DNA of 64,000 bases from NCBI GenBank assembly GCA_021628325.1, contig JAJXAL010000006.1, positions 37-64,036 on the forward strand. Direction: 5' to 3'. Under the pieces are notes generated by a model that made no database searches, was not told the origin of the DNA, and saw only the letters and a program-made list of their open reading frames with translations. The translations under genes and the position numbers were made by a program. The stretch comes from Segatella copri. GTDB lineage: Bacteria > Bacteroidota > Bacteroidia > Bacteroidales > Bacteroidaceae. Shown one piece after another: positions 27,697-39,303 of this stretch (position 1 is its first letter; every line of letters starts with the position of its first letter).

Positions 27697-29088
27697 TTAC
27701 TGCATATCGTAAACCACCTGCATGAGTTTCTTGCCCAGTTCATCAGCCTGCTCCATGGTAGAGGCCTCGCTATATACTCGGATGATAGGCTCGGTATTAC
27801 TCTTGCGGAGGTGGACCCACTTGTCAGGGAAATCGAGCTTGACGCCATCGATATCTGTTACGGTGACATCCTTCTCCTTACCATACATCTCCTTAACCTT
27901 CACGAGGATCGCATCTACATCGGTAGATGGAGTCAGGTCGATGCGGTTCTTGGCGATGAAATAGTTAGGGAAGCTGGCACGGAGTTCGCTCACCTTGCAG
28001 CCCTTGTGAGCCAGACTGCTCAGGAAGAGGGCGATACCAACGAGGGCATCACGACCGTAATGGCTCTCTGGATAGATAACTCCACCATTGCCTTCACCAC
28101 CGATAACAGCGTGAACATCCTTCATCTTGGTAGTTACATTCACCTCGCCTACAGCAGCTGCAGTGTACTTGCCACCATGCTTCTCGGTAACATCACGGAG
28201 GGCACGGGTAGATGAAAGGTTGCTGACGGTATTGCCTGGAGTCTTGCTCAACACGTAATCTGCCACACTTACCAAGGTATACTCTTCACCAAACATCTTG
28301 CCATCTTCGCAGATGAAAGCCAGACGGTCAACATCAGGGTCTACAACGATACCCATATCGTAGCCACCCTTCTTCAACTCATCCATGATACCACCGAGGT
28401 TCTTCTCCAATGGCTCCGGATTATGAGCGAAGTCGCCTGTAGGCTGACCATTGAGGAAAGTATATGCTACACCGAGCGCATCGAGCAACTCTGGAAGTAT
28501 AACGCCACCAACTGAGTTGATGGAATCTACACAAACCTTGAAGTGGGCATTCTTGATTGCTTCGACATCTACAAGCTTCAAAGCAAGTACGGAGTCGATA
28601 TGGCGCTTGTTGAAGGTATTGTCTTCAGTATATTTTCCGAGATGATCCACATCCGCATAGTCGAAGTCTTCCTTCTCTGCGATACCCAGCACCTCGTTAC
28701 CATTAGCTGCTGTGAGGAACTCACCCTTCTCGTTGAGGAGTTTAAGGGCATTCCACTGACGTGGGTTGTGAGAAGCTGTGATGATGATACCGCCGGCCGC
28801 ACCACTCATGGTAACAGCAAGTTCGGTGGTAGGAGTAGTAGCCAGACCGATGTTCAGCACATCGTAGCCCATGCCCATGAGGGTTCCACAAACCACATTT
28901 TTTACCATCTCGCCAGAGATGCGTGCATCACGGCCTACAACGATGGTATTACTCTCTGAAGCACCGCTACGGCGAATGAAGGTAGCGTATGCTGAAGTGA
29001 ACTTTACGATATCGAGCGGATTCAAAGTATCGCCCGCTGGACCGCCGATAGTACCGCGGATACCAGAAATTGACTTAATCAGTGTCAT
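27697..29088 (-). CDS. glmM: Phosphoglucosamine mutase
   Basis: MTLIKSISGIRG start, ITASHNP, DPDVDR, GGEGNGG, RKSNTEP. Confidence 0.9.
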   Translation of the reverse strand: MTLIKSISGIRGTIGGPAGDTLNPLDIVKFTSAYATFIRRSGASESNTIVVGRDARISGEMVKNVVCGTLMGMGYDVLNIGLATTPTTELAVTMSGAAGGIIITASHNPRQWNALKLLNEKGEFLTAANGNEVLGIAEKEDFDYADVDHLGKYTEDNTFNKRHIDSVLALKLVDVEAIKNAHFKVCVDSINSVGGVILPELLDALGVAYTFLNGQPTGDFAHNPEPLEKNLGGIMDELKKGGYDMGIVVDPDVDRLAFICEDGKMFGEEYTLVSVADYVLSKTPGNTVSNLSSTRALRDVTEKHGGKYTAAAVGEVNVTTKMKDVHAVIGGEGNGGVIYPESHYGRDALVGIALFLSSLAHKGCKVSELRASFPNYFIAKNRIDLTPSTDVDAILVKVKEMYGKEKDVTVTDIDGVKLDFPDKWVHLRKSNTEPIIRVYSEASTMEQADELGKKLMQVVYDMQ

Positions 29089-29108
29089 AAATATATCTCT
29101 TTTTATGT

Positions 29109-29807
29109 TTATCTTCCTTTCTGCAGAGTCATGTCGTAGACACATGCCTGCACACTGCCCGATGCCGATGTGGTACCGTAAGAGTGAGGTACGAGCAAAC
29201 GGATATGAGCGATGCGTTCATCATCAGTCTTCGGTCTGCCTATCTTAATCCAGGTGAATGGTATGAGCCAACCGCTAGGCACGGTAGAACTTACACTGCC
29301 ATAATTGGATGAATTATATGTATTGGCCATCAGACTGGCTTTAGGATCAACGAAAGAACCGGTGAATGTACCGGAAGTATTGGTAACGCTTATCTTATCT
29401 ACATAATAGGAATAAGCAGGAACTTTGTTTGAAAGCGTGAGACACTTATCGCTCATTTCAGCAGCATACGAAAGGTTATACTCATCAAAGCGGACCAATA
29501 CATCTACCGATGTACCTTTCTTGATATAGTCGCCACATCCCTGGTCAATCACCTGCATATAGATACCGTTACTGTTGAAAAGTACCCATTCGTTGTTGTT
29601 CTTTGCTGTATCCGTCAGTTTTTCATTATTTTTCCAACGTCTGTTGAACTCATCCTCGGAGATGACCTTAATATTTTCCTTACGCAAGAAAGAGCTGATA
29701 GAATCGAGCTCTCTGTCGCGCATGTCCTTATAAGTCTCACTATCATTGCATGCGGCAAACGATAAAACAGCCGCGAAAGCAATCATTGCAAACAAAAATT
29801 TCTTCAT
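29109..29807 (-). CDS. DUF4827-family lipoprotein
   Basis: Lipobox FAAC-NDSETY, FKBP-like VPSGWLIP..LLVPH; typical glmM neighbour. Confidence 0.75.
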   Translation of the reverse strand: MKKFLFAMIAFAAVLSFAACNDSETYKDMRDRELDSISSFLRKENIKVISEDEFNRRWKNNEKLTDTAKNNNEWVLFNSNGIYMQVIDQGCGDYIKKGTSVDVLVRFDEYNLSYAAEMSDKCLTLSNKVPAYSYYVDKISVTNTSGTFTGSFVDPKASLMANTYNSSNYGSVSSTVPSGWLIPFTWIKIGRPKTDDERIAHIRLLVPHSYGTTSASGSVQACVYDMTLQKGR

Positions 29808-29970
29808 TCTTCTTTTTAAAATCTGATTTATTGGGCAAAGGTACAAAAAAGATAAGACAACACCGAGAGGAATAGGTTGATTTTATTATTATTTATCACT
29901 TATTATCATCCTATTGCCTCAAAACGGGGTTGTTTTCTGTCTTTTTCGTCATTTCTAAGGAAAAAAACGG

Positions 29971-31011
29971 CTACTTCAGCATATCGGCGTATGCCAGGAT
30001 AGCCTTCAGTGCTATCTGCTCTGCCTCCTGTATGCTGCAAAGCAATTTGCCGCCAGAAGCATTGCGATGACCGCCACCATTGAAGAACTCGGCTGCCATC
30101 TTATTGCATGGGAAATCGTCTACCGAACGGAGACTTACCAATATGCGATTGTCTATATCCGTATCTTCACGAAGAGAAATGGAGAGTTTGTGTCCCTTGA
30201 TGGTAAGAGGTACGTTCACCAGTCCTTCCAGGTCGCCCTTGATAAAGTCATACTTCTTCAACTCTTTACGGGTCACTGTATAGAAACTGGCATGAAGTCC
30301 CTCTACTACCTGCAGCTTTTCATTCATCAGATAGCCACGGAACCGGACTGCCGGAATGCGGGCATTATTGAAGACATTGCGGTAAATCTTATCCTTGTCG
30401 ATGTTCTTGGTAAGCAGCAAGCAGATGATGTAATAGATATAAGGCTGGGTAGAATTATAGGTGAAACCGCCCGTATCGGTCATCATGCCGCAATAGATGC
30501 AGGTAGCCCAAGTCTGATCCATCTGTGGGAAACCTCCCAACTGCCAGACTACACGGAATACCAGGTCGCTGGCACTGCTGGCATGTGGCTGCGAAACCAG
30601 CAGTTTAGCCTCAAGATTAGGAGACAGATGGTGGTCGATGATGACACGCTGAGTCTTGCAACCCAACAATACATGGTCCATCTCATCAAGACGTCCCTCA
30701 CTGCTAAAGTCAACACAGCATACCAGGTCGGCTTCATCGAAAGCTCGCTGCACCAGTTCAGGCTGTCTGTCATATCGCAGGATACCGGCAGCTCCAGGCA
30801 ACCAGGAAATAGAATCCGGTATCATATCCGGCACACAAATGTCAACTTTCTTGCCCAAAGAGCGAAGATAACCAGCCCATCCCAAAGAAGAGCCGATGGC
30901 ATCACCGTCTGGCGACTTATGTGCACAGACGACAATACGATGAGAAGCCGCTATCGTCTCTCGGAGAATAGCGGCTTCCTGATCAGTCAATATATTAATG
31001 TTTATATCCAT
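29971..31011 (-). CDS. DHH-family phosphoesterase (NrnA-like)
   Basis: HKSPDGDAIGS, IIDHH, TDTG, GGGHRNASG. Confidence 0.92.
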   Translation of the reverse strand: MDININILTDQEAAILRETIAASHRIVVCAHKSPDGDAIGSSLGWAGYLRSLGKKVDICVPDMIPDSISWLPGAAGILRYDRQPELVQRAFDEADLVCCVDFSSEGRLDEMDHVLLGCKTQRVIIDHHLSPNLEAKLLVSQPHASSASDLVFRVVWQLGGFPQMDQTWATCIYCGMMTDTGGFTYNSTQPYIYYIICLLLTKNIDKDKIYRNVFNNARIPAVRFRGYLMNEKLQVVEGLHASFYTVTRKELKKYDFIKGDLEGLVNVPLTIKGHKLSISLREDTDIDNRILVSLRSVDDFPCNKMAAEFFNGGGHRNASGGKLLCSIQEAEQIALKAILAYADMLK

Positions 31012-31020
31012 CCCATTAAA

Positions 31021-31932
31021 TTAGAAGAGCTTGTTTGGATAAACACCCTCATCGATAAGATGCTGAATCTTATCAACAACACTCTGGCGGTCGGCTGCAT
31101 AAGTTACACCAAACCACTTGCTGGTAGTATCGAGCACCTTAACGGTAGCTGTACCCTCATTGATGAGCTTGTTGACCATCAATGGGATGAAGAACTCAGC
31201 CTTCTTGTTTTCCATATTCTTAGGATCACTCAAGAACTCCTTGAAGTACTCCTCACTATGCTGGAAGTAATCAGGTGTAAAGCCCCAAACGTTCATGGAA
31301 ACAGGAGTATTGTCGCCAACAGCAACCCACTCGCCCTGCTCGTCCTTGTAAGATACCTTACCGTCGATACGCATGATCTCGGTACGCTCTACACAGGTTG
31401 TCAAGTTCTCATCAGCATCCTTAGAGCAGATGCCGCGAGCTACGGTACCATTCTCACTCAAGGTATTACCTACACGGAAACCTACCATGGCGTAACGGTT
31501 CTTGCTGCCCTCTGGAAGTTCAGAGAGGAACTTGCCGATTACCATGAAGCAATCGCGGTTGTAGAAGTCATCGCAGTTGATTACGCAGAAAGGTTCCTTG
31601 ATGATATCCTTTGCCATCAGGACAGCATGGTTTGTACCCCATGGTTTCTCACGACCTTCTGGAACTGAGAATCCCTCTGGGAGATCATCCAATGCCTGGA
31701 AGCAAAGTTCTGCAGGAATATGACCCTCATACTTTGAAAGAATCTTCTCACGGAACTGATCTTCGAAGTCCTTGCGGATAACGAATACGATCTTTCCGAA
31801 ACCAGCCTGAATAGCATCATAGATGCTGTAGTCCATGATAGTCTCACCATTAGGACCCAGACCATCAAGCTGTTTCAAACCACCATAACGGCTACCCATA
31901 CCGGCAGCCAAAAGCAATAACGTAGGTTTCAT
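31021..31932 (-). CDS. Sugar-phosphate nucleotidyltransferase family
   Basis: LLAAGMGSRYGGLKQ, REKPWGT, INCDDFY; start at MKPTLL. Confidence 0.9.
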   Translation of the reverse strand: MKPTLLLLAAGMGSRYGGLKQLDGLGPNGETIMDYSIYDAIQAGFGKIVFVIRKDFEDQFREKILSKYEGHIPAELCFQALDDLPEGFSVPEGREKPWGTNHAVLMAKDIIKEPFCVINCDDFYNRDCFMVIGKFLSELPEGSKNRYAMVGFRVGNTLSENGTVARGICSKDADENLTTCVERTEIMRIDGKVSYKDEQGEWVAVGDNTPVSMNVWGFTPDYFQHSEEYFKEFLSDPKNMENKKAEFFIPLMVNKLINEGTATVKVLDTTSKWFGVTYAADRQSVVDKIQHLIDEGVYPNKLF

Positions 31933-32119
31933 TTTGTCTATACTTTTATTTATTAATAGTTGATAGTTATTAAAAAAATAACGATGCAAAAGTAACAAAA
32001 AAAATGCAGTTAACCGCAAGTTTTCCTACTTTTTTTTGATTAATATCAATTTTTGTCCTTTTATGCACTATCTGTAACACATATCAGACTTATTTCCGGA
32101 CACATCTCCCAGGCTAAAC

Positions 32120-34525
32120 CTAGAAAGGATAACCCACAGCGAAATGCAGACTCTGGGCATCCTTGAACCGACGGATGTTATAGATGCCATTCTTGCCGGT
32201 ATCGTAAGGAACATGCAGACCGATACCCCAGTCGACACGTATCACAAACATACCCATGTCATAACGCACACCGACACCGGTGCCTACCGCCAGCTGCCGG
32301 AAGAACTTGTCTACATCAAACTTGCCGAGCGGACTGTACTCATGGTTGCGTAAGGTCCACACATTACCTGCATCCAGGAAAAGGGCTCCATAGAGATCGC
32401 CCCATACCTTCTGACGATATTCCAGATTCATCAGATACTTGATGTCGCCCGTCTGGTCGATATACGAATACTTGCTGTTGGTAGGCTGGTATCTGCCCGG
32501 TCCGATGCTCCGCACATTAAAGGCTCGCACACTGTTGGCACCACCGATATAGAACTGCTCATAATAAGGAGCATTCTCGGCATTGCCATAACTCCAGATA
32601 ATGCCGGCATTGACATGTCCCACCAGCGTACCATCCTGGGTGATACGCCAATATTTCACGAAATCTGTCTCCAGTTTCAGGAACTGAGCAAACGGATTCT
32701 TGAACATCTTCTTGTCTTTCTCGTTCCATCCCTTTCCGGCCGCCATGTAACCGAGCGAAAGGATATTGGCTGCCTCGCTGATGGTGGTTGACCAGGTGAT
32801 AGGATGGCGGTAACGGCGCGGACTGCGATAAGTATAGGTGTAACTCATCTTAGGTACAAACTGGTCGCGCATCGATATCTGAAGATAAGGATGCAGGGCG
32901 AGGATGCTATCGAAAGCGGCTGTGCGGCTGTTCATAAACTCATAAGAGAGAATCAGCGGGCTGAAAGAATGCTGATGCTGATAAGAGGTAGACCACGCAT
33001 AGGTTAACTCGCCCGCTGCCACATGACGTCGGAAATAGCTGGCTCTGTTCAGCACATTCATCGAAGCCTTGATGGTAGTAGTTGGCACACCCCGATATTT
33101 GGTAGGCATATGCCCGGCACGGTATCTGCGCTCATTCTGCTCCATCGTTCTGAACATATTCCAAGGCGTGATGATGCGAGGGAACTCTACGGAAACATCC
33201 GATCCGTATTCATAGGAATTGATGCGGGTAGAACCTCCACCAGCCTGACTGATGGTTTGCCACTCATGCGAACCATGCAGGTTGACAGTAAGTTTTTCGC
33301 CTCCATGAAAAGCATTGCGCTTGGTAAGACCCACTACCAACTCCGGTCCTACTCTACCGGTCGTTTTGCCGCGGGCATTTGCCTCGACATAGAAATCGTA
33401 TGGCTTGTCGAATACCAGATCGACATTGGCATCCAAGGTATCACGATATACGACATTGCCCAGACTGTCTAGGGTCTGCACCGAACGGGGAGAGAACTGG
33501 ATGCTGGAATAGCTGAAGAGTCCCATCTCCTGAAGTCCGGTCTTGGCACGCTCCTCGGTACGTACCCGATACAGTTCACGGGGACGCAGGCGCAGACTCT
33601 GCAAAACGATGCCCGGACGTATCGGCATCTTTCTTCCATTATAATGGAAACTCAGATAGCTGCGCACAAAGGAATCCTTCAACTCCTCCATATACTGCTT
33701 TCTGAAATTAACATGAATCTTTCCGATATACCACTGGCGGGTAGCCCTATCGTCCACGCTGTCTGCCATCATCAGCCGCAACTGCACCTTGCCGGGCACA
33801 TTCACGGTATCGGCAAGATAAGAAGCATAACTGTTCTGATAGAAATAATAGCCCCTGTTGCGGAACAGACGGGTGATACGCTGACGTTCCGATTCCATGT
33901 TGGCAACATTGAAAGGACTCCCCTTCCGTATGAGCGCCTTGTTCATGGAAGCATCTATAAACTGCTTGCTCTTGGCTGGGAAGTTGAGATAAGCCATAGA
34001 ATCAAACGTCCAGAGATGACCGAAGTCTACCTGATAGGCAACCTTCGCCTTCTTCGGATTGCTCTGTGTCAGCACATCATAAGTCACCTTACCGTTAAAA
34101 TAGCCATATTTATCGAGCTGATGCTCGGCTACCTGGGCACGGAGTTGCGGATTCACATTCGCCATCAGCTTAGGTTTGGAACCGAATACCTTGGTTATCC
34201 ACTTAGCCAGTGCTCCATCCGACTGAGAGAAAGCATTCCATATCCACAGGCGCACAGGGAACGGTGTGCGGTAATAGCTGCTTCCGAACAAAGCACCGTT
34301 CGGAGCCGAAGCCAGGGCATACTCCATCTCGGTGATGGTAGAATCAGCATAAGTTCCCTTCTCGTAGTTCTTATACTCGATAGGTACCAGACCCGTAAAC
34401 AGCTGCTCGTCTTCTTTCAGCGCACTGGTTGAAGAGCAACCCGTTATGAGCTGCCCCGACAACATCAGCAATGCTGCCACATATATAATAAGGTATAACC
34501 TGTTCTGCTGTTTCATATCGCTCAT
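32120..34525 (-). CDS. BamA/TamA-family outer-membrane lipoprotein
   Basis: ITGCS lipobox, GGANSVRAF, FLDAGNVW, AVGYPF end. Confidence 0.9.
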   Translation of the reverse strand: MSDMKQQNRLYLIIYVAALLMLSGQLITGCSSTSALKEDEQLFTGLVPIEYKNYEKGTYADSTITEMEYALASAPNGALFGSSYYRTPFPVRLWIWNAFSQSDGALAKWITKVFGSKPKLMANVNPQLRAQVAEHQLDKYGYFNGKVTYDVLTQSNPKKAKVAYQVDFGHLWTFDSMAYLNFPAKSKQFIDASMNKALIRKGSPFNVANMESERQRITRLFRNRGYYFYQNSYASYLADTVNVPGKVQLRLMMADSVDDRATRQWYIGKIHVNFRKQYMEELKDSFVRSYLSFHYNGRKMPIRPGIVLQSLRLRPRELYRVRTEERAKTGLQEMGLFSYSSIQFSPRSVQTLDSLGNVVYRDTLDANVDLVFDKPYDFYVEANARGKTTGRVGPELVVGLTKRNAFHGGEKLTVNLHGSHEWQTISQAGGGSTRINSYEYGSDVSVEFPRIITPWNMFRTMEQNERRYRAGHMPTKYRGVPTTTIKASMNVLNRASYFRRHVAAGELTYAWSTSYQHQHSFSPLILSYEFMNSRTAAFDSILALHPYLQISMRDQFVPKMSYTYTYRSPRRYRHPITWSTTISEAANILSLGYMAAGKGWNEKDKKMFKNPFAQFLKLETDFVKYWRITQDGTLVGHVNAGIIWSYGNAENAPYYEQFYIGGANSVRAFNVRSIGPGRYQPTNSKYSYIDQTGDIKYLMNLEYRQKVWGDLYGALFLDAGNVWTLRNHEYSPLGKFDVDKFFRQLAVGTGVGVRYDMGMFVIRVDWGIGLHVPYDTGKNGIYNIRRFKDAQSLHFAVGYPF

Positions 34526-37500
34526 TACTTTTCGTTAAGTTTCAATGGGTCAAAGTCCTTTGTTCTGGCTTTCTCCATCGTATCCTTCTTTTCGTTCGTA
34601 CTCTTCTTCACCGCAGAATTCTTCTCCATTGGGGCTGCAGGAATCTGCTGCTTATCGGTCTTGAAACGGAAGATATCCTTGAAATGCTGCAACTTTCTCT
34701 GCCATTTGAAACCGACACCGTACTCACCTATCAAACCTTCGAGCCAATCGTAGGTATTGTTGTTGTAGAAGGCACGGATATACTGGCTCGCACCTTCGTT
34801 GAGACGGTACTGCAATTCGATATTGTTGAAGAATGCATCATCATTGTTGGCTGCATTCTCCACTTCTGCACCGGTAGAAACCTTGCCGCCCACACTGAAA
34901 CTCAAGCGGTTGTTGAAGAACCGCTTGGCAAACTTAAAGTTGTAATCGGTGTGCATGGCACCTGCTGCATTGGTGGAGTTATCTACCGACATACCGACAT
35001 CCACACCCACAGAACGCATCGCTGAACCTGCAATATTATTGATCTCTGAGTTGAGGAATGAGGTCAAGGCACTGTTCATGGAGAACGAATTGGTATTTCC
35101 GTTGGCAAGATACATGCCCGAAGCCAGCATCGTAATGGCTATCTTACCCCGCTCTTCAATACTCATCGTGTTCAGTTCATCCTGCAAGGTGGCATCGTTT
35201 GGTGAGGAAACGATAAACTGGATGCCTGGCTTATTCAATGTCTGCGAGAGTTTTACGCCACAAATGAAATCCACCGAGCGGCCGGTTCCCTGTCCCTCGT
35301 TTACCGTTGTCCTGACATTCTCTGTTGCCGTGATGTTCAGGGTCGGGTTGAACGGATCGCCGTTAAACTCTATGTAGCTGCCGTCCTGGATATCAAACGT
35401 CTTGAGCGGAATGATAGGCAGCGAATATTTCATCTTGCCATTGTTCAGGGTATACTTGCCCGTGATGCCGATGCCATCAACCGAATTGTAAGTCATCGTC
35501 AGATTACCACCGCCCATCAGGTCGATGTAGTTGGTCTGGTCGGCATTCAAAGCACAGAGGATATGAGCCGACTCATCTATCGACATGCCCAACATCATGT
35601 TCAATCCTTCCAGTGCCGGACGCTCGACAACGACAGGCTTTCCACTCTTGAAATTCGTAAACTTCACCAGCTCATCGAGCTGCGTATCAGTAGTCAGTTC
35701 CGATTCTTTCAGCACATACGTCATATCCGTATTGCCGAGGACATCCAGCTTACCCTGCATCTTCAGATTGCTTACCGGTCCGCGCATCGCACCATAGAAG
35801 TTGACATACGCCTTGCCGAAAGCCTCGGAACGAGCATTCTCCTTGGCATCAATCAGCAGGAAGTTCTGTGCTCTCATCCGGATATCGAGCATCATCTTCT
35901 CTATATTCGTAAAGTCGAGACTGCCCTGGATATTGAGCGGACTCTCATTGTTGGCATACATCATGAAGTTTTCGAAGAGCAACTTGCTGTCGATGATACG
36001 GACCGGATCGTTGGCAAAACGCATCGTGATGCCATACGGCACACTGACGAGATAAGCCGAATCCAGATATACTTCGCCCTCAACATCCAACTGGCTCAAG
36101 GCTCCCTTCAAACTCAGTTTTCCTTCGCCATATCCCTTCAGACCCATAATCTGGTCAGGAACAAAACCGTTGACAAAATGCAGAGGCAACTTCTCCATAC
36201 CCACTTCGGCATCGAGATAACCGTTTCCTTCCGACTTGTAAGTACCCTTTACGGTAGCTACTTCTTCACCCTCATAATTGAGGAAACCATCTACATAATG
36301 AGAACCGTCGCTCTTTGGCATGTAAACGAATTCAGTACCGACATCTCCCATCGGACACTTTTCGTAAACCATATTGTCGATGTTCAGATTAGAAGAAACC
36401 GAGAATTCATCCTTGGTCTGGATAATATGGAAGTCGCCGTCAAGAATACCCGAGATGTCAGGCATATAAGGAATCACGCTGAGCACTTTATCCAGATTAA
36501 ACTGGCTCATGCTCACCGTAAGATCCTGCAGCGCTTCTTCGTTTTCATCATTGCTGTATATGCGGATACCCATGCCGTTGGCTGCCTTCAGACTCAGATT
36601 GGCAGAAACACGGTCGTCATTGCCCAACATCAGATAGTTGTCATCGTTGGCAGTAAACTTCTTGTAACCCAGGACAGGATGGGTATCGATGAGCGAAATC
36701 TTCACGCCGTTTTCCAGCAACAGCGCCTCCAGACCCACATCTACACCCAATCTGTTTTTGGCATCATAGATGCGGGCATCGATATTGGAACCCTTCTCCT
36801 GCAGTTCGCCCTCTACCTGTGCCCGGAACACATACTGAGGATTATGCTTGTTGTTCTGAACACGTGCTGCATAGCGGATGGTATCGCCCTCAGTCTTCAC
36901 CAAGGCACGGATCGTATCCAACTGCATGCCACTCGCTACCAGTGAATCGATGTTGAGATAACCATTGACACCTGTTACAGGCGACATGGTCATCTTCATA
37001 TCCACCGTCTTGAAATCATAACCGCAGTAAGCAATGAAACGGGAAATGAAATTGTCCTTTCCTGTGGTAAGATAAACATGACCGAAAGGGAACTGACTGC
37101 GAATCTTCACCTGGTCGATATGATGGTTCCTAAGCTGATGAACCAATTCTTTCTGCAATCCGGCAAAACGGCTCATCAACTGCTTATAGCCTCCGTGTAC
37201 ATCCATGTTGAGATGGAAGTCGCCGCAATCGATGACTGCGTGCGTGGTATCTCTGCGGGTAAAGACATCGGCGTCAACACCCACCGGACGGTAATTCTTT
37301 TTTGCCGTACGAACCGTAATATCACTCATCGAGGCCATGATGTCGTGACTGTCCTTCAGGTCGGACTTGATATCCATGTGACCGCAGAGCGACAGGCGCA
37401 TCGGTGCCTTCGTTACCTCTAACGAATAAAGATTCACATCGCGGACATCTGCCACCAGGGTAGCCTCCAGTTTCTTGGAATTCGTAAGTGCATCAAGGCT

Positions 37501-39291
37501 GACGAGCCCCGTAAGATACTGGTTCTTGCTGTCGATATCGGCATGCACCTTTCCATTGGCAACGTGAGCCACTGCCAATACATGATCCAGTTTGTATTTG
37601 CCATACTGAATCTGGTTTACCTGTGCCTTAGCCTGCAATCGGGTACGAGGAGAGAGGAAATCGGTTCCCACTCCCTTCGCCTGCAATGAGCCGGTGAAAG
37701 AATGCAATTTCTGTTTTGGAAGGAAATGCTTTGTCTGGATGTTGTGCGCCTGAATCTTAGCCTGATAAGCCAGATGGTTCATATCGATGCTGCCGTCTTT
37801 CCGGGTCTTCGCATCCACTTTGGCATCTACCTTCATCCTACCACGACCTTCGGTAATGGCGAGTCGGGTAGCATATCTGGAGCCGTCTGCCTGAATGTTG
37901 CCGCGGATTCCGATACCGCTAGGTACACGTATCTCCTGCATCAGAGAAGGGTCAAGCATGGCGGTAACGAAATCCAGATGATAGGTACGTGCGTTCAGAT
38001 CTACATTTGCCTTCAGACGGTTCATATCCGTCATGTTACTCAGGTTACCATCTGCACTCAGTTCGAAGGCTGTTGGCAGCGACAGTTTCAAGCCCGAGAA
38101 AGATGCCTGCTGCATATTTCCCTTGAACGAACCTTCTATCTTCATCGGATAGAATGGCCATTTCTTCTTCATGGCACTTGGGAAGGCATCGCCTGCAAAG
38201 AGGAACAGGTCTGAACGGCCCAGAGCACCCTTCAGCTGTGCCATCAACTTGCCAGGATTCCTGTCAGCAAAGGCGTTCATATCCATATCCACCGTTGCCT
38301 GCAACTGGGAGTATGGGGTACGGAGACAGATATCAGGCAACTGCAACTTCACGGAATCCATTACGAATCTGCCATAGAGCTGGTCTACCTGCAAACCGCT
38401 TTTCTCCTTAAACCGGGCTTCACGAATCTTGACATCTATCTTTGAATCGCAATAATAGAAAGAGTCTGCCTTCAAAGCCAGGGCCGACAGGGCGAGATGG
38501 TTAAAGTCCATGCCCGATACCGGACGGATATAGTTTTGGTCATAGTTCACCTTGCCATTCTTCCAGTCAAGATGGCCTACCTGATAAAGTCCTTTGTAAA
38601 GGTCGAGATAGGTAGTCTGCGCCACCGCATCTCCAAAATAAGCATTCACCTGGAGGGTATCTCCAGGCATGTGTAATACGAAATCAGTGTTCTTCAGTTT
38701 CAGTTTATCAATATTCACCTTCCAGAAATTGGTACTAGGCGTAGTATCCGGCGGCACCGTATCGCTCAACTCTACCGAGAGTCGGGCATCAGCCAACAGG
38801 GCATGGTTCACCCTGACCTTCTCCTTTCCCAGGTCAATGCCATGAGCCTTCAGGCGCAGATTACCTACATTGCCCTTGATTCTGGCTTCGTGAATAAAAT
38901 TAGTGGTATTCACCTTCATCTGGGTGAAATTGAGTTCATCCACCATGACTTGACTTTCGAAAAGAGGCAACAACTGTACGTCTACCACCATCTTCTGGAT
39001 GTCGGCAACGGTATCTCTCTTATTTCTTAAAGCCAAGTTTGGGGAATTTTTGAGTGAGTCGATTGGCTGCAGTACCTTAACGCCTTCCACTCCCAGTTTC
39101 AGAGGGAAGACGAGGCGTACCTGCTTCACCGAAATATCCATACCCGTCGACTCAGAGGCATAAGCAGCCACTTGCTTTACCGCCCAATTCTGAACAGGAG
39201 GCAGATAAAGCAGAATGGATAACAACAAGATGAGCACCAATGGAGTCAACACCGTGATTCCTGCCCATTTCGCATACCTCTTCATAAGCAT
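34525..39291 (-). CDS. tamB: TamB (translocation and assembly module)
   Basis: 1588 aa, N-terminal anchor YLPPVQNWA, C-terminal F.GDPFNP.LNI.A domain, coupled to TamA-like gene. Confidence 0.85.
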   Translation of the reverse strand: MLMKRYAKWAGITVLTPLVLILLLSILLYLPPVQNWAVKQVAAYASESTGMDISVKQVRLVFPLKLGVEGVKVLQPIDSLKNSPNLALRNKRDTVADIQKMVVDVQLLPLFESQVMVDELNFTQMKVNTTNFIHEARIKGNVGNLRLKAHGIDLGKEKVRVNHALLADARLSVELSDTVPPDTTPSTNFWKVNIDKLKLKNTDFVLHMPGDTLQVNAYFGDAVAQTTYLDLYKGLYQVGHLDWKNGKVNYDQNYIRPVSGMDFNHLALSALALKADSFYYCDSKIDVKIREARFKEKSGLQVDQLYGRFVMDSVKLQLPDICLRTPYSQLQATVDMDMNAFADRNPGKLMAQLKGALGRSDLFLFAGDAFPSAMKKKWPFYPMKIEGSFKGNMQQASFSGLKLSLPTAFELSADGNLSNMTDMNRLKANVDLNARTYHLDFVTAMLDPSLMQEIRVPSGIGIRGNIQADGSRYATRLAITEGRGRMKVDAKVDAKTRKDGSIDMNHLAYQAKIQAHNIQTKHFLPKQKLHSFTGSLQAKGVGTDFLSPRTRLQAKAQVNQIQYGKYKLDHVLAVAHVANGKVHADIDSKNQYLTGLVSLDALTNSKKLEATLVADVRDVNLYSLEVTKAPMRLSLCGHMDIKSDLKDSHDIMASMSDITVRTAKKNYRPVGVDADVFTRRDTTHAVIDCGDFHLNMDVHGGYKQLMSRFAGLQKELVHQLRNHHIDQVKIRSQFPFGHVYLTTGKDNFISRFIAYCGYDFKTVDMKMTMSPVTGVNGYLNIDSLVASGMQLDTIRALVKTEGDTIRYAARVQNNKHNPQYVFRAQVEGELQEKGSNIDARIYDAKNRLGVDVGLEALLLENGVKISLIDTHPVLGYKKFTANDDNYLMLGNDDRVSANLSLKAANGMGIRIYSNDENEEALQDLTVSMSQFNLDKVLSVIPYMPDISGILDGDFHIIQTKDEFSVSSNLNIDNMVYEKCPMGDVGTEFVYMPKSDGSHYVDGFLNYEGEEVATVKGTYKSEGNGYLDAEVGMEKLPLHFVNGFVPDQIMGLKGYGEGKLSLKGALSQLDVEGEVYLDSAYLVSVPYGITMRFANDPVRIIDSKLLFENFMMYANNESPLNIQGSLDFTNIEKMMLDIRMRAQNFLLIDAKENARSEAFGKAYVNFYGAMRGPVSNLKMQGKLDVLGNTDMTYVLKESELTTDTQLDELVKFTNFKSGKPVVVERPALEGLNMMLGMSIDESAHILCALNADQTNYIDLMGGGNLTMTYNSVDGIGITGKYTLNNGKMKYSLPIIPLKTFDIQDGSYIEFNGDPFNPTLNITATENVRTTVNEGQGTGRSVDFICGVKLSQTLNKPGIQFIVSSPNDATLQDELNTMSIEERGKIAITMLASGMYLANGNTNSFSMNSALTSFLNSEINNIAGSAMRSVGVDVGMSVDNSTNAAGAMHTDYNFKFAKRFFNNRLSFSVGGKVSTGAEVENAANNDDAFFNNIELQYRLNEGASQYIRAFYNNNTYDWLEGLIGEYGVGFKWQRKLQHFKDIFRFKTDKQQIPAAPMEKNSAVKKSTNEKKDTMEKARTKDFDPLKLNEK

Positions 39292-39303
39292 GGATTTTTT
39301 GAG

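Noticed and set aside
30067..31668. 533-aa plus-strand ORF
   Set aside because: Antisense shadow of the DHH and nucleotidyltransferase genes
35563..36945. 460-aa plus-strand ORF
   Set aside because: Antisense shadow of tamB
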